From: Longimicrobiales bacterium
GTDB lineage: Bacteria > Gemmatimonadota > Gemmatimonadetes > Longimicrobiales > RSA9
Assembly: GCA_046483065.1 (NCBI GenBank)
Contig: JAWODW010000053.1
Span: forward strand, 75,408-139,407
Direction: 5' to 3'
Length of the DNA stretch: 64,000 nt
The number at the start of each line of letters is the position of its first letter. Within the stretch, counting starts at the first letter, position 1. The position numbers were made by a program, and so were the translations under genes. The notes under the pieces were generated by a model, which did no database searches, was not told where the DNA came from, and worked only from the letters and a program-made list of their open reading frames with translations. Below, in pieces: positions 56,345 to 64,000 of the stretch.

Positions 56345-56887
56345 ATGGAACTACTGCAACAGGTATTTGGGGGCCCCTGGGGCCCACTGGTGATCTTCTG
56401 CCTGCGCATCTTCGACGTATCGCTGGCCACGCTGCGGATGCTCTTCACCATGCGGGGGCGCAGGGTGCTGGTCCCGCTCATCGGGTTCTTCGAGGTGCTG
56501 ATCTGGCTCTTCGCGGCCGGGACCGCGGTCCAGTACCTGAACAGCCCGCTCCATGCCGTGGGGTACGCCGGCGGGTTCGCCGCCGGCACGGCGGTGGGGC
56601 TGTGGATCGAGGAGAAGCTGGCGTTGGGCCTGGCCCGTGTGCAGGCGTTCAGCCGCCATAGCGGGGTGGAGCTGGCCGAGGCGCTCCGGGGGCAGGGCTT
56701 CGGCGTGACGGAGTTCCTGGGCCAGGGCCGGGAGGGGAACGTGGAGCTGGTCAGCACCGTGGTCCGGCGCGCCGACGTGCCCCACATTCTGAAGATGGTG
56801 GACGCGTGGGACCCGGACGCGTTCGTGACGGTGGACGAGCCCCGGTCGATCCACAGGGGCTGGCTCATGCAGAAGCGGCGCAAGTAG
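56345..56887 (+). CDS. DUF2179/UPF0316-family membrane protein
   Basis: Start trimmed to the ATG at 56345. Three TM helices (IFCLRIFDVSLATLRMLF...), then a C-terminal DUF2179-like soluble domain (GFGVTEFLGQGREGNVELVSTVVRR). The family call is from memory. Confidence 0.7.
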   Translation: MELLQQVFGGPWGPLVIFCLRIFDVSLATLRMLFTMRGRRVLVPLIGFFEVLIWLFAAGTAVQYLNSPLHAVGYAGGFAAGTAVGLWIEEKLALGLARVQAFSRHSGVELAEALRGQGFGVTEFLGQGREGNVELVSTVVRRADVPHILKMVDAWDPDAFVTVDEPRSIHRGWLMQKRRK

Positions 56888-56988
56888 TTCGGTCGGGCGC
56901 TGCGCGCCCTCCCGGCGGGCGCCATCGCTCCGTCGCCTGCGGCGGACTCCGCTCGGCGCGGCGGGCTCGCCTTCGGCTCGCGGCGGGG

Positions 56989-57285
56989 CCCGTTAGGTGC
57001 CGGGCGGTTTCTGCATTCGCGGTGCCGCGCGGGGTACAGGATGGCCCCGTCCGGGGGAGGCGAGTTCCGCGTTGGCGGCGCCGTATTGATGCATCCCCTG
57101 TCGTAGAAACGGGTCGTAGGGTCCCGAAATCCTTGTCCGTGATCCCCGCGTTTTCTTCGCGGTCCCCGCGTCAAAGCTGTTACGAACGTTGCGTTGCCGT
57201 GAAGCCTGCTCTCGCCTGTATCTCGGACAAGCCCACCGCGAATCCGCGCGGACCGGGAGCGTTGCCTCGCCCGGCACCTAACGGG
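56989..57285. repeat. Non-coding element bounded by an 18-bp perfect inverted repeat; related to the CACGCGAAG-word family
   Basis: cccgttaggtgccgggcg (56989-57006) is the exact reverse complement of cgcccggcacctaacggg (57268-57285). Imperfect pairing extends outward. The interior shares ttcttcgcgg.cc.cgcg and ttgccgtg...tgtatc.cgga with the 34.0-kb element. Confidence 0.8.
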
Positions 57286-57349
57286 CTCCCAGCCGCGCGC
57301 CTCCGGCGCGTCCGCCGCCGGAGCCCGAAGGAATCCCGGCTTACCCGGC

Positions 57350-58450
57350 TTACCCGATCTCCAGCATCCGCTCGATGGACGCCCGGGCCTCGGTGCGGGT
57401 CGGCTCCGGCACGTCCACCTCGTAGCGGTCGTGGAGGAGTGCGTCGCGGACGTTCTCGAGGGTGATCTCGCCCATGTGGGGGCAGCGGACGGAGCACAGC
57501 CGGACCATCTCCTTGCCCTCGGTCTCGGCCACGATGTTGTCGGCCATGGAGCACTCGGTCAGGAGCAGGTAGCGCTCGGAGTCGGACTCCTTGACGGCCT
57601 TGATGAGGGCGCTGGTGCTGCCGCTGAAGTCGCTGGCCTCGACCACCTCGGGGCTGCACTCCGGGTGGGCCAGGACCTGGACGTCGGGGAACTGTTCGCG
57701 CACGCGCTCGATGTCTTCCACGGTGAACTGCTCGTGGACCTCGCAGCGGCCCCGCCAGCCGACGATGTCGTACTCGAGCTCGCCGGACTCGCCGGGGCCG
57801 TGGCCGTTGCCGGACAGCCCGGCGGGCATCCCGCCGTCGACCTTGGGGAAGATGATCTTCTTCCCGGTCTCCCGGGCCACGTTCTTGGCCAGGAACTCGT
57901 CGGGGAGGAAGATGACCCGGTCGCTGTCCAGGCTCTCCACCACCTTCGCGGCGTTGGAGCTGGTGCAGCAGATGTCGGTCTCGGCCTTCACGTCGGCGTA
58001 GGTGTTGACGTAGGTGACCACGGGCACGCCGGGGTACTTCTTCTTCAGGCGGCGCACATCCTCGCCGGTGATGGACTCGGCCAGCGAGCAGCCGCCTTTT
58101 GCGGTGGGCAGCAGCACCTTCTTCTCGGGGCTCAGGATCTTGGCGGTCTCGGCCATGAACCGCACGCCGCAGAAGACGATGGGGTCGCCGGGTGCCTCGG
58201 CGGCCAGTCGGCTGAGCTCGAGGGAGTCGCCCTTGAAGTCGCAGACGGAGTGGTAGAGGGCGGGCTCCATGTAGTTGTGGCCGAGGATCACGGCGCCGCG
58301 CTCCGCTTTGAGCGCGTTGATCTCGGCGGCCAGCTCGGCCTTGTGCCGGATCTCGAAGTCGGGGAGCACGTCGCCGAGCCGGGCCTTGAGCGCCTCGTAC
58401 ATGGCGCCTGCGTCCGTGGTCTTCGCGGTGTCGATCGTGGTCTTCGTCAT
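57350..58450 (-). CDS. nadA: Quinolinate synthase
   Basis: 366 aa. ILGHNYM, FCGVRFMAETAKIL, VVTYVNT and HPEC motifs of NadA. Confidence 0.9.
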   Translation of the reverse strand: MTKTTIDTAKTTDAGAMYEALKARLGDVLPDFEIRHKAELAAEINALKAERGAVILGHNYMEPALYHSVCDFKGDSLELSRLAAEAPGDPIVFCGVRFMAETAKILSPEKKVLLPTAKGGCSLAESITGEDVRRLKKKYPGVPVVTYVNTYADVKAETDICCTSSNAAKVVESLDSDRVIFLPDEFLAKNVARETGKKIIFPKVDGGMPAGLSGNGHGPGESGELEYDIVGWRGRCEVHEQFTVEDIERVREQFPDVQVLAHPECSPEVVEASDFSGSTSALIKAVKESDSERYLLLTECSMADNIVAETEGKEMVRLCSVRCPHMGEITLENVRDALLHDRYEVDVPEPTRTEARASIERMLEIG

Positions 58451-58458
58451 CGTCCGTC

Positions 58459-59310
58459 TCAGCTCTCCCAGTCGAACTCCAGGGCTACATCCAGTGCGGG
58501 CGCCGAATGGGTGAGGGCACCCACGGAGATGAGGTCGACCCCGCTCTCCGCCGCCGCGCGCACGCTCTCGAGTGTGATCCCGCCCGAGGCCTCGGCCAGC
58601 GCCGCACCGGCGATCTGGTCCACGGCCAACGCCAGCTGTTCCGGCGTCATGTTGTCGAGCAGGATGCCGTCGGCTCCCGCCTCCAGCGCTTCCGCTACGT
58701 CCTCCATGCTGTCCGCCTCGAGGGTCACGAACACGCCGTGCCCCATGCGACGACGGGCCTCGGCCACCGCTTCCGGCACCCCGACGCCCGCTTCTCTCAA
58801 TGCCGACCGGTGGTTGTCCTTCAGCATGAAGCCGTCGGACAGCCCCATCCGGTGGTTGTGGCCGCCGCCGCAGCGGACGGCGTACTTCTCCAGCTCCCGC
58901 AGCCCGGGCGCGGTCTTGCGCGTGTCCACGATCCGGGCGCCGGTGCCCTCCAACGCCCGTACGTACTCCCGGGTCAGCGATGCGATCCCGCTCAGGTGGC
59001 CCAGGAAGTTCAGCGCCACCCGCTCGCCCGACAGGATCGGTCGGGCCGGGCCGGTGATCGAGGCCAACCGGGCGCCGGCGCTCACCTCGTCGCCATCGGC
59101 CACGTGGAGTGTGACGTCCAGCGACGGGTCCAGCTCGAGGAACACGGCCCGGGCCAGCTCGAGGCCCGCGACCACGCCCGCGGCGCGGGTCACGAGGGTG
59201 GCCGACGCACGGGTACCCTCGGGGACCAGGAGGTCGGTGGTGACGTCGCCGGACCCCAGATCCTCCGCCAGTGCTTCGCCGGCGTACCGCCGCAGGATGA
59301 GTCTGTTCAC
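58459..59310 (-). CDS. nadC: Nicotinate-nucleotide pyrophosphorylase (carboxylating)
   Basis: GTG start at 59310. AEDLGSGDVTT, TRKTAPGLR, HRMGLSD and LDNM motifs of NadC. The stop is 8 nt before the nadA start. Confidence 0.9.
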   Translation of the reverse strand: MNRLILRRYAGEALAEDLGSGDVTTDLLVPEGTRASATLVTRAAGVVAGLELARAVFLELDPSLDVTLHVADGDEVSAGARLASITGPARPILSGERVALNFLGHLSGIASLTREYVRALEGTGARIVDTRKTAPGLRELEKYAVRCGGGHNHRMGLSDGFMLKDNHRSALREAGVGVPEAVAEARRRMGHGVFVTLEADSMEDVAEALEAGADGILLDNMTPEQLALAVDQIAGAALAEASGGITLESVRAAAESGVDLISVGALTHSAPALDVALEFDWES

Positions 59311-59396
59311 GTGAGCTCGCTTGATCCGTCCACTACGTCCGTCGCGCGCCGATTGGAACCCGGAAGGTACAGCGATGTTCCTCTGCCACAACCGCG

Positions 59397-61001
59397 TCAG
59401 AGTGCCACCTGGTGCACGGCCAGGACCTCCATGAGGTCCTCGAGGGAGCGGAGCAGCTCGCCGCTGAGCTTGGTGTCCACGGCGATGGCGGCCAACGCCT
59501 CACCGCCGGCCTCGACCCGGCCCTGGTGGTACTCGCCGATGTTCACACCGGCCTCGCCCAGGAGCGTGCCCACGTGGCCGATGACGCCGGGGACGTCGCG
59601 GTTGCGGAGGATGACCAGGACGCCCTCGGGGCGGACGTCGATCTCGTACTCGTTGATCCGCACGATCCGGGGGTGCTCGCCCCGGACGGCGCCGGCCACG
59701 CGCGTCTCGCAGGCGCCGCGGGAGACGCGGACCTCGAGGGACTCGGCGAAGTCGCCGGCGGGCTCCATGAGCGACCGGCTGAGGTGGATCCCCCGGCCCT
59801 CGGCCAGGTGCACGGCGTTGACCAGGTTCACGCTGCCCGCGCCCACCACGTCCCGGAGCACGCCCACCAGCGCTGCGGCGGCCAGCGGCCGGAGGGCGTC
59901 ACTGTCGGCGCCGCCGGCGTAGCGGAGCTCCACGGTCTCGACGGTGCCGCAGAGGGCGCGGGCCACCTGGCCGAGACGGGTGGACAGCTCCATGAGTGGC
60001 CCGAGACGACGGACCAGCTCGCCGCCCACGGCGGGGCCGTTGATGGCCCTGGAGACGTCGCCGGTGAGGAGCGCGTGGCGAACGGACCGGGCCACCTCGT
60101 GGGCCACGTTGTGCTGGGCCTCCCGGGTGGCGGCGCCGATGTGGGGTGTCATCACCACGGTGTCGAGCCCCAGCAGGGGGTGGTCTTCGGGGAGCGGCTC
60201 GGCGGCGTAGACGTCCAGCGCCGCGCCGGCGATCCACTCCTCACGGAGCGCATCGGCCAGAGCGGCCTCGTCGAGGACGCCGCCCCGGGCCGCGTTGATG
60301 ATCACCGCCGTGGGCCGCATGAGCGCCAGCTCGTCGGCGCCGATGAGGCCGCGGGTGGCGTCGGTCAGCGGGACGTGGAGGGAGACGACATCGCCGCGTC
60401 GCATGGCCTCCTCCAGGGAGACGGGCTCGATCTGGAGCTCCCTCGCCCGCTCCGGCTGGAGGTACGGGTCGTGGGCGATGATCTCCATCCCGAAGGCCCG
60501 GGCCCGGCGGGCGACCTCGCCGCCGATGCGGCCGGCGCCGATGAGCGCCAGCGTCTTGCCCTGGAGCTCGGAGCCGCGGAACCGCTTCCGGTCCCACTCG
60601 CCCCGACGCATGGACCGGTCGGCGGCGGCCACCTTCCGCACGGCCGCCAGCATAAGGGCCAGCGTCAGCTCGGCGGCGGAGGCGGTGTTCCCCGATGGCG
60701 CGTTGAAGACGGCGATCCCCGCCTCGGTGGCCGCCTGGACGTCAATGTTGTCCACGCCCACGCCGGCCCGGCCGATGACCTTGAGGCGGGTCAGTCCCTC
60801 GAGGATCGGGCGGTCGAGGGTGGTGGTGGAGCGGATCAGGACGCCATCCACGCCCTCCAGCGCTTCCCGGAGCCCGCGGGCGTCCAGGTCGGTGGCCTCC
60901 ACCAGCTCGAACTCCTCCTCCAGCGGCGCGAGACCCGACGTGGGGATCCGGTCGGCCAGGAGGATCCGTCGGTCGGACAGCAGGACCCGTTGCTCAGACA
61001 C
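59397..61001 (-). CDS. serA: D-3-phosphoglycerate dehydrogenase (long form with ASB and ACT domains)
   Basis: 534 aa. NAD-binding GKTLALIGAGRIGGEVA and catalytic RGG...HIGA. The C-terminal ACT domain contains VILRNRDVPGVIGHVGTLLGEAGVNI. Confidence 0.9.
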   Translation of the reverse strand: MSEQRVLLSDRRILLADRIPTSGLAPLEEEFELVEATDLDARGLREALEGVDGVLIRSTTTLDRPILEGLTRLKVIGRAGVGVDNIDVQAATEAGIAVFNAPSGNTASAAELTLALMLAAVRKVAAADRSMRRGEWDRKRFRGSELQGKTLALIGAGRIGGEVARRARAFGMEIIAHDPYLQPERARELQIEPVSLEEAMRRGDVVSLHVPLTDATRGLIGADELALMRPTAVIINAARGGVLDEAALADALREEWIAGAALDVYAAEPLPEDHPLLGLDTVVMTPHIGAATREAQHNVAHEVARSVRHALLTGDVSRAINGPAVGGELVRRLGPLMELSTRLGQVARALCGTVETVELRYAGGADSDALRPLAAAALVGVLRDVVGAGSVNLVNAVHLAEGRGIHLSRSLMEPAGDFAESLEVRVSRGACETRVAGAVRGEHPRIVRINEYEIDVRPEGVLVILRNRDVPGVIGHVGTLLGEAGVNIGEYHQGRVEAGGEALAAIAVDTKLSGELLRSLEDLMEVLAVHQVAL

Positions 61002-62112
61002 TGTGGGCCACGGTTTCCTTCAGCACGTCGGCCAGAACGTCGAGGAGCGCGTCCAGCTCGGCCACGGTGTGGTCGCCCATGTGACCGATGCGGATCATGT
61101 CACGCTTCATGGGGCCGTAGCCCGGCGCCACCACCCAGCCGTGGGCACGGAGGCCGGCGCATACGTCGGGGGCGTCCGTCCCGTCGGGGAGCGTGACGCC
61201 GGTGACCGTGGGCGACCGGAAGCCGGCGGGGGCCAGGATCCCCAGCCCGAGGCCGGCGTCGTTCACCTCGTCGATCCACCGGTAGGTCCGGTCGGCCATG
61301 GCACGGTGCCGGGCCCAGCGGTTCTCGATGCCCTCCTCGAGGATCGCCTCCATCTGGGTGGCGGCGGCGTACATGAGGGAGAGGGCCGGCGTGTTCGGCG
61401 TCTGGTTCTTCTGCAGGTTGCGCTCGAAGGCCAGCACGTCGAAGTAGAGGCCCCGCCCGGCGTTGGACCGGGCCCGGTCGAGGATGTTTTCCTGGACCGC
61501 GGCAAAGCCGAGCCCCGGCGGGAGGGCGAGGGCCTTCTGCCCGCCGGTTACCACGTAGTCGATCTCCCAGGCATCGGTCTCCACGGGCGCGCCCGCCATG
61601 CTACTCACCGCGTCCACCAGGACCACGGCGTCATGGGCGTGGGCCACCTCCGCCAGCTCGCCGATGGGGTTGAGCACGCCGGTGGAGGTCTCGGAGTGAC
61701 AGATGGTGACGGTGTCGTAGTCGCCGGCCTCCAACGCGTCGGCCAGCATCTCGGGCGTGTGGTGCTCGCCCCACTCCACGGTCACCCGGTCGACCTCAAG
61801 GCCGCACGCCTCGGCGATCCGGGCGAACCGCTCGCTGAACGCGCCGTTCACCAGGCTCAGGACCCGGTGCAGGGCGGCGTTGCGGATGGCCATCTCCATC
61901 ATCCCCGTCCCGCTCGACGGCGCCAGGTAGACCGGCCGCTGCGTCCGGAACGCGTGCTTCAGCCCCGGCTGGATCCGCTCCATGAGCGCCTCGGCCTCCG
62001 GCGTGCGGTGCCCCATCATGGGCCCCGTCATGGCCTCCCGCACCTCCCGCCGGACCTCGGTGGGACCCGGCAGGAAGAACCGGCCGAACGCGTTCCCCGT
62101 GTCTATCTCCAC
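60994..62112 (-). CDS. Class V (AGT-like) aminotransferase, probable phosphoserine / serine-glyoxylate aminotransferase
   Basis: 372 aa. PLP-lysine region VVTGGQKALALPPG, with the class V pattern throughout. It overlaps serA by 8 nt and the upstream HAD gene by 10 nt. Confidence 0.8.
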   Translation of the reverse strand: MEIDTGNAFGRFFLPGPTEVRREVREAMTGPMMGHRTPEAEALMERIQPGLKHAFRTQRPVYLAPSSGTGMMEMAIRNAALHRVLSLVNGAFSERFARIAEACGLEVDRVTVEWGEHHTPEMLADALEAGDYDTVTICHSETSTGVLNPIGELAEVAHAHDAVVLVDAVSSMAGAPVETDAWEIDYVVTGGQKALALPPGLGFAAVQENILDRARSNAGRGLYFDVLAFERNLQKNQTPNTPALSLMYAAATQMEAILEEGIENRWARHRAMADRTYRWIDEVNDAGLGLGILAPAGFRSPTVTGVTLPDGTDAPDVCAGLRAHGWVVAPGYGPMKRDMIRIGHMGDHTVAELDALLDVLADVLKETVAHSV

Positions 62113-62840
62113 TCCACCATCCCCTGGTCGATGAGCGCCTTGCCGCGTCTGTAGACCACACCCGCCCGGTCATCCTCGGGGTCCTCACCGCCGAGTGCAA
62201 GCGGGACCACCGGGGCGAGCGACCGCGAACGCACCACCACCGGCGCGGCGTCCACCACCTCCGACCGCTCCACCACGCCGGCGTAGGCCACGAAGAGGTC
62301 CACGTCGTCGTGGGCCTCCAGGTCCGTGGCGCCGTCGCCGACGAACATGACCGGCTCCGAGAGGCCGTTCGCCTTCCACGCGCGTATGACCTCCGCCTTG
62401 CCGCCGGCGCGGGCGGGGCCCACGTCCTCGAACCCCACGTACGCGCCCGCATCGTCGAATCGGATCGGGACGGCGGACACCGCCCCGGCGTCCAGCCCCA
62501 GGTGCCCGGCCAGCCCCGCCACGGCCGGGAGCAGGCCGCCGGAGATGACCCGCACGTCCACGCCGGAGGAGCGGAGCGCGGCGATGGTGGCCTCGGCGTC
62601 GTCCACGAGGCCCTCCACGTAGCGGGGGACGAGAGCCTCGACCTCGCTGCGATGGGGGCGGATCAGCTCGAGGCGCCGGCCGTAGACCTCCTCCAGCGGG
62701 ACCTCCCCCGCCATGGCCGCGCGGGTCAGCGCGTCGATCTCATCGCGGACGTCCGCCGCCAGCTCCGCGATCCCCTCGAGGGCCGAGAGCGTCGAGTCGC
62801 AGTCGAAGACCACGGTGCGATAGTGTGTCATCTGGCTCAT
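62103..62840 (-). CDS. serB: HAD-superfamily phosphatase, phosphoserine phosphatase (SerB)-like
   Basis: Start trimmed to the ATG at 62840. HAD motif I VVFDCDSTL, ISGG, and motif IV FVGDGATD. The gene context is with serA and an aminotransferase. Confidence 0.75.
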   Translation of the reverse strand: MSQMTHYRTVVFDCDSTLSALEGIAELAADVRDEIDALTRAAMAGEVPLEEVYGRRLELIRPHRSEVEALVPRYVEGLVDDAEATIAALRSSGVDVRVISGGLLPAVAGLAGHLGLDAGAVSAVPIRFDDAGAYVGFEDVGPARAGGKAEVIRAWKANGLSEPVMFVGDGATDLEAHDDVDLFVAYAGVVERSEVVDAAPVVVRSRSLAPVVPLALGGEDPEDDRAGVVYRRGKALIDQGMVEWR

Positions 62841-62857
62841 GTCGGGCCGTCCGTTCG

Positions 62858-63721
62858 TCAACCGCCCGCCCGGATCAGCCAGCCTCCCTTTCCGCCGGGC
62901 AGGTATCGGATCTCGCCGCCCAGGATGTCGCGCCACGAGTAGGCGATCCGCGTCTCGTCCGCCCGGTCGCCGTCGTCGAGGAGGACCACCGCGCCCGGCG
63001 CGAGGCGGTCCTTCAGCAGCGGGACGGCGGGCCAGCGGGCGTCCTTCCCGATCTTACCCGGCGGGCCGTCCACCACCAGCAGATCGATGATCTCCGGGAG
63101 CCGCGCCTCCAGCACCTCCATCGAGTACCACGGGTAGACCTCGCCGTCGATCTCGTGCTCGGCGATCGGCGCGTGCACCACCGTGGCCACCTCGCCCAGG
63201 CCCCGGTCCTCGATCCAGCCACGGGTCCGGTCCGCGAACTCCTCCAGGTGGTCCACCGCCGTCAGGTGACCCGCGCCCAGGTGGCCCAGCCGCTGCGCGA
63301 TGAGCACCGACGAGTGCCCCGAGCCCAGCTCCACGATCCGGCCCGGCCGCTCGTTCACCTGCTGCACCAGGTTCTCCGCGAATACCGCGTCCATCGCCCA
63401 GAGGTCCGTCCCCACCAGACGCTCCCCCGTGAACGGACGGATATTGATGTACGCCCGCAGCTCGTGGATCACCCGGAGCGCCGCCTTCTGGATCGCCAGG
63501 ATCGGAAGTCCCACCGCCACGAACCCGAACAGGAACGCCCACACCGGCGCCAGCGAGCCCCCGCGCGCGAAGGCCGTCAGACCCCGGGTCGTCTCCTGCA
63601 GCGCTCCCACCGCCAGCGCCGCGAACAGACCGCCGATCAGCCCCAGGATCAGGGGCAGCACCGGCGCGTCCCACGTCTTGCTCGATTTCCTGAACTTCCG
63701 GAACCGCTGTGATTTCGCCAT
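62858..63721 (-). CDS. Membrane-anchored class I SAM-dependent methyltransferase
   Basis: Two N-terminal TM helices. SAM motif I IVELGSGHSS and LLVVDGPPG. It lies 17 nt upstream of the serB-like gene. Confidence 0.7.
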   Translation of the reverse strand: MAKSQRFRKFRKSSKTWDAPVLPLILGLIGGLFAALAVGALQETTRGLTAFARGGSLAPVWAFLFGFVAVGLPILAIQKAALRVIHELRAYINIRPFTGERLVGTDLWAMDAVFAENLVQQVNERPGRIVELGSGHSSVLIAQRLGHLGAGHLTAVDHLEEFADRTRGWIEDRGLGEVATVVHAPIAEHEIDGEVYPWYSMEVLEARLPEIIDLLVVDGPPGKIGKDARWPAVPLLKDRLAPGAVVLLDDGDRADETRIAYSWRDILGGEIRYLPGGKGGWLIRAGG

Positions 63722-63822
63722 AGACCGCCAAAAATGTCGGCGACGACGGGTGGGCGCAACGTCCGGCTCCTGAATCCGAACCCCGCGCCGCGCCGCAGCC
63801 CCCTGTCTTCATCGAAAATCAT

Positions 63823-63919
63823 TCGAACGTGAATGAACTACTTCCGAGCTATTATCGCTAAGTCTTTGGTATTAAAGGACTTAGTATAGAACGGCCGCAG
63901 AACGTTCGTTCACGTTCGA
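63823..63919. promoter_or_regulatory. AT-rich island with nested inverted repeats (candidate operator, promoter or small structured RNA)
   Basis: The outer arms tcgaacgtgaatgaac (63823-63838) and gttcgttcacgttcga (63904-63919) are complementary at 15 of 16 positions. An inner hairpin is ctaagtcttt-ggtatt-aaaggacttag (63858-63884). A GAAC-N4-GTTC word lies at 63900-63911. The local base composition is far more AT-rich than the rest of the window. Confidence 0.4.
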
Positions 63920-64000
63920 TTAATCTCGCCGCACGATGACCGGGCCCGGTCGCCTGCGGGCCTCGAGCGTCGAGCCTGGATCCTGGTCCCGAGCGTCGAG

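Noticed and set aside
59311-59396. Possible NAD+ (nadA-motif) riboswitch in the leader of nadC-nadA.
   Set aside because: The 86-nt leader, read on the minus strand, lacks the tandem bulged-stem domains with the conserved ACANCCCC-type element that I recall for that class. The region may simply be an intra-operon spacer after serA.
1-64000. Whole window considered as a genomic, defence or prophage island, or as a plasmid segment.
   Set aside because: I recognise no integrase, transposase, recombinase, phage structural genes, toxin-antitoxin genes, restriction-modification genes, cas genes or conjugation genes. Base composition is uniform except for the small island at 63.8 kb. The genes are core metabolic, respiratory and proteostasis functions.

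Overview
Very GC-rich, gene-dense bacterial chromosomal segment with about 49 protein-coding genes on both strands, short gaps and several start/stop overlaps. Third codon positions are almost always G/C, so nearly every real gene is shadowed by long antisense or out-of-frame ORFs in the supplied track. I chose frames by recognisable family motifs, signal peptides or lipoboxes, and RBS or overlap geometry, and I trimmed several starts. The content is mostly housekeeping. It includes a hybrid sensor kinase, many secreted or envelope peptidases (S9, S41, S8-PKD, M23, M50, DmpA-like), Lon, ClpP and Hsp20. It also includes a caa3-type cytochrome oxidase operon (ctaCDEF) with a distant SURF1, phosphofructokinase, hutU plus a fused formimidoyltransferase-cyclodeaminase, udk and thyX. 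A long minus-strand block carries methyltransferase-serB-aminotransferase-serA-nadC-nadA, and there is an MscS-patatin pair plus several outer-membrane or lipoprotein genes. I found no rRNA, tRNA, CRISPR array, transposase, integrase, phage gene or recognisable defence gene. This does not look like an accessory island, and I cannot point to a clear-cut novel multi-gene system. The gene families and base composition would fit a Gemmatimonadota-like organism, but that is inference only. Six signals are not explained by the ordinary annotation. (1) An interspersed family of 170-330 bp non-coding elements with terminal inverted repeats built from CACGCGAAG / CACCGCGACG words sits at 3' gene ends (near 10.0, 33.8, 51.8 and 57.0 kb). 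One locus is a two-unit tandem array with a 177-bp perfectly identical core. (2) Two paralogous ~318-aa double-zinc-ribbon proteins of unknown function each lie next to a pyrimidine-nucleotide gene (udk, thyX), and each is flanked by G-run tracts. (3) An orphan ClpP paralog has Asn at the catalytic Asp position and an acidic N-terminal extension. (4) Lon carries an ~88-aa acidic insertion just before its Walker A motif. (5) A repeat-rich divergent intergenic region lies at 32.8-33.1 kb. (6) An AT-rich island with nested inverted repeats lies at the 3' end of the window. All functional calls rest on motif recognition by eye; no database search was possible.
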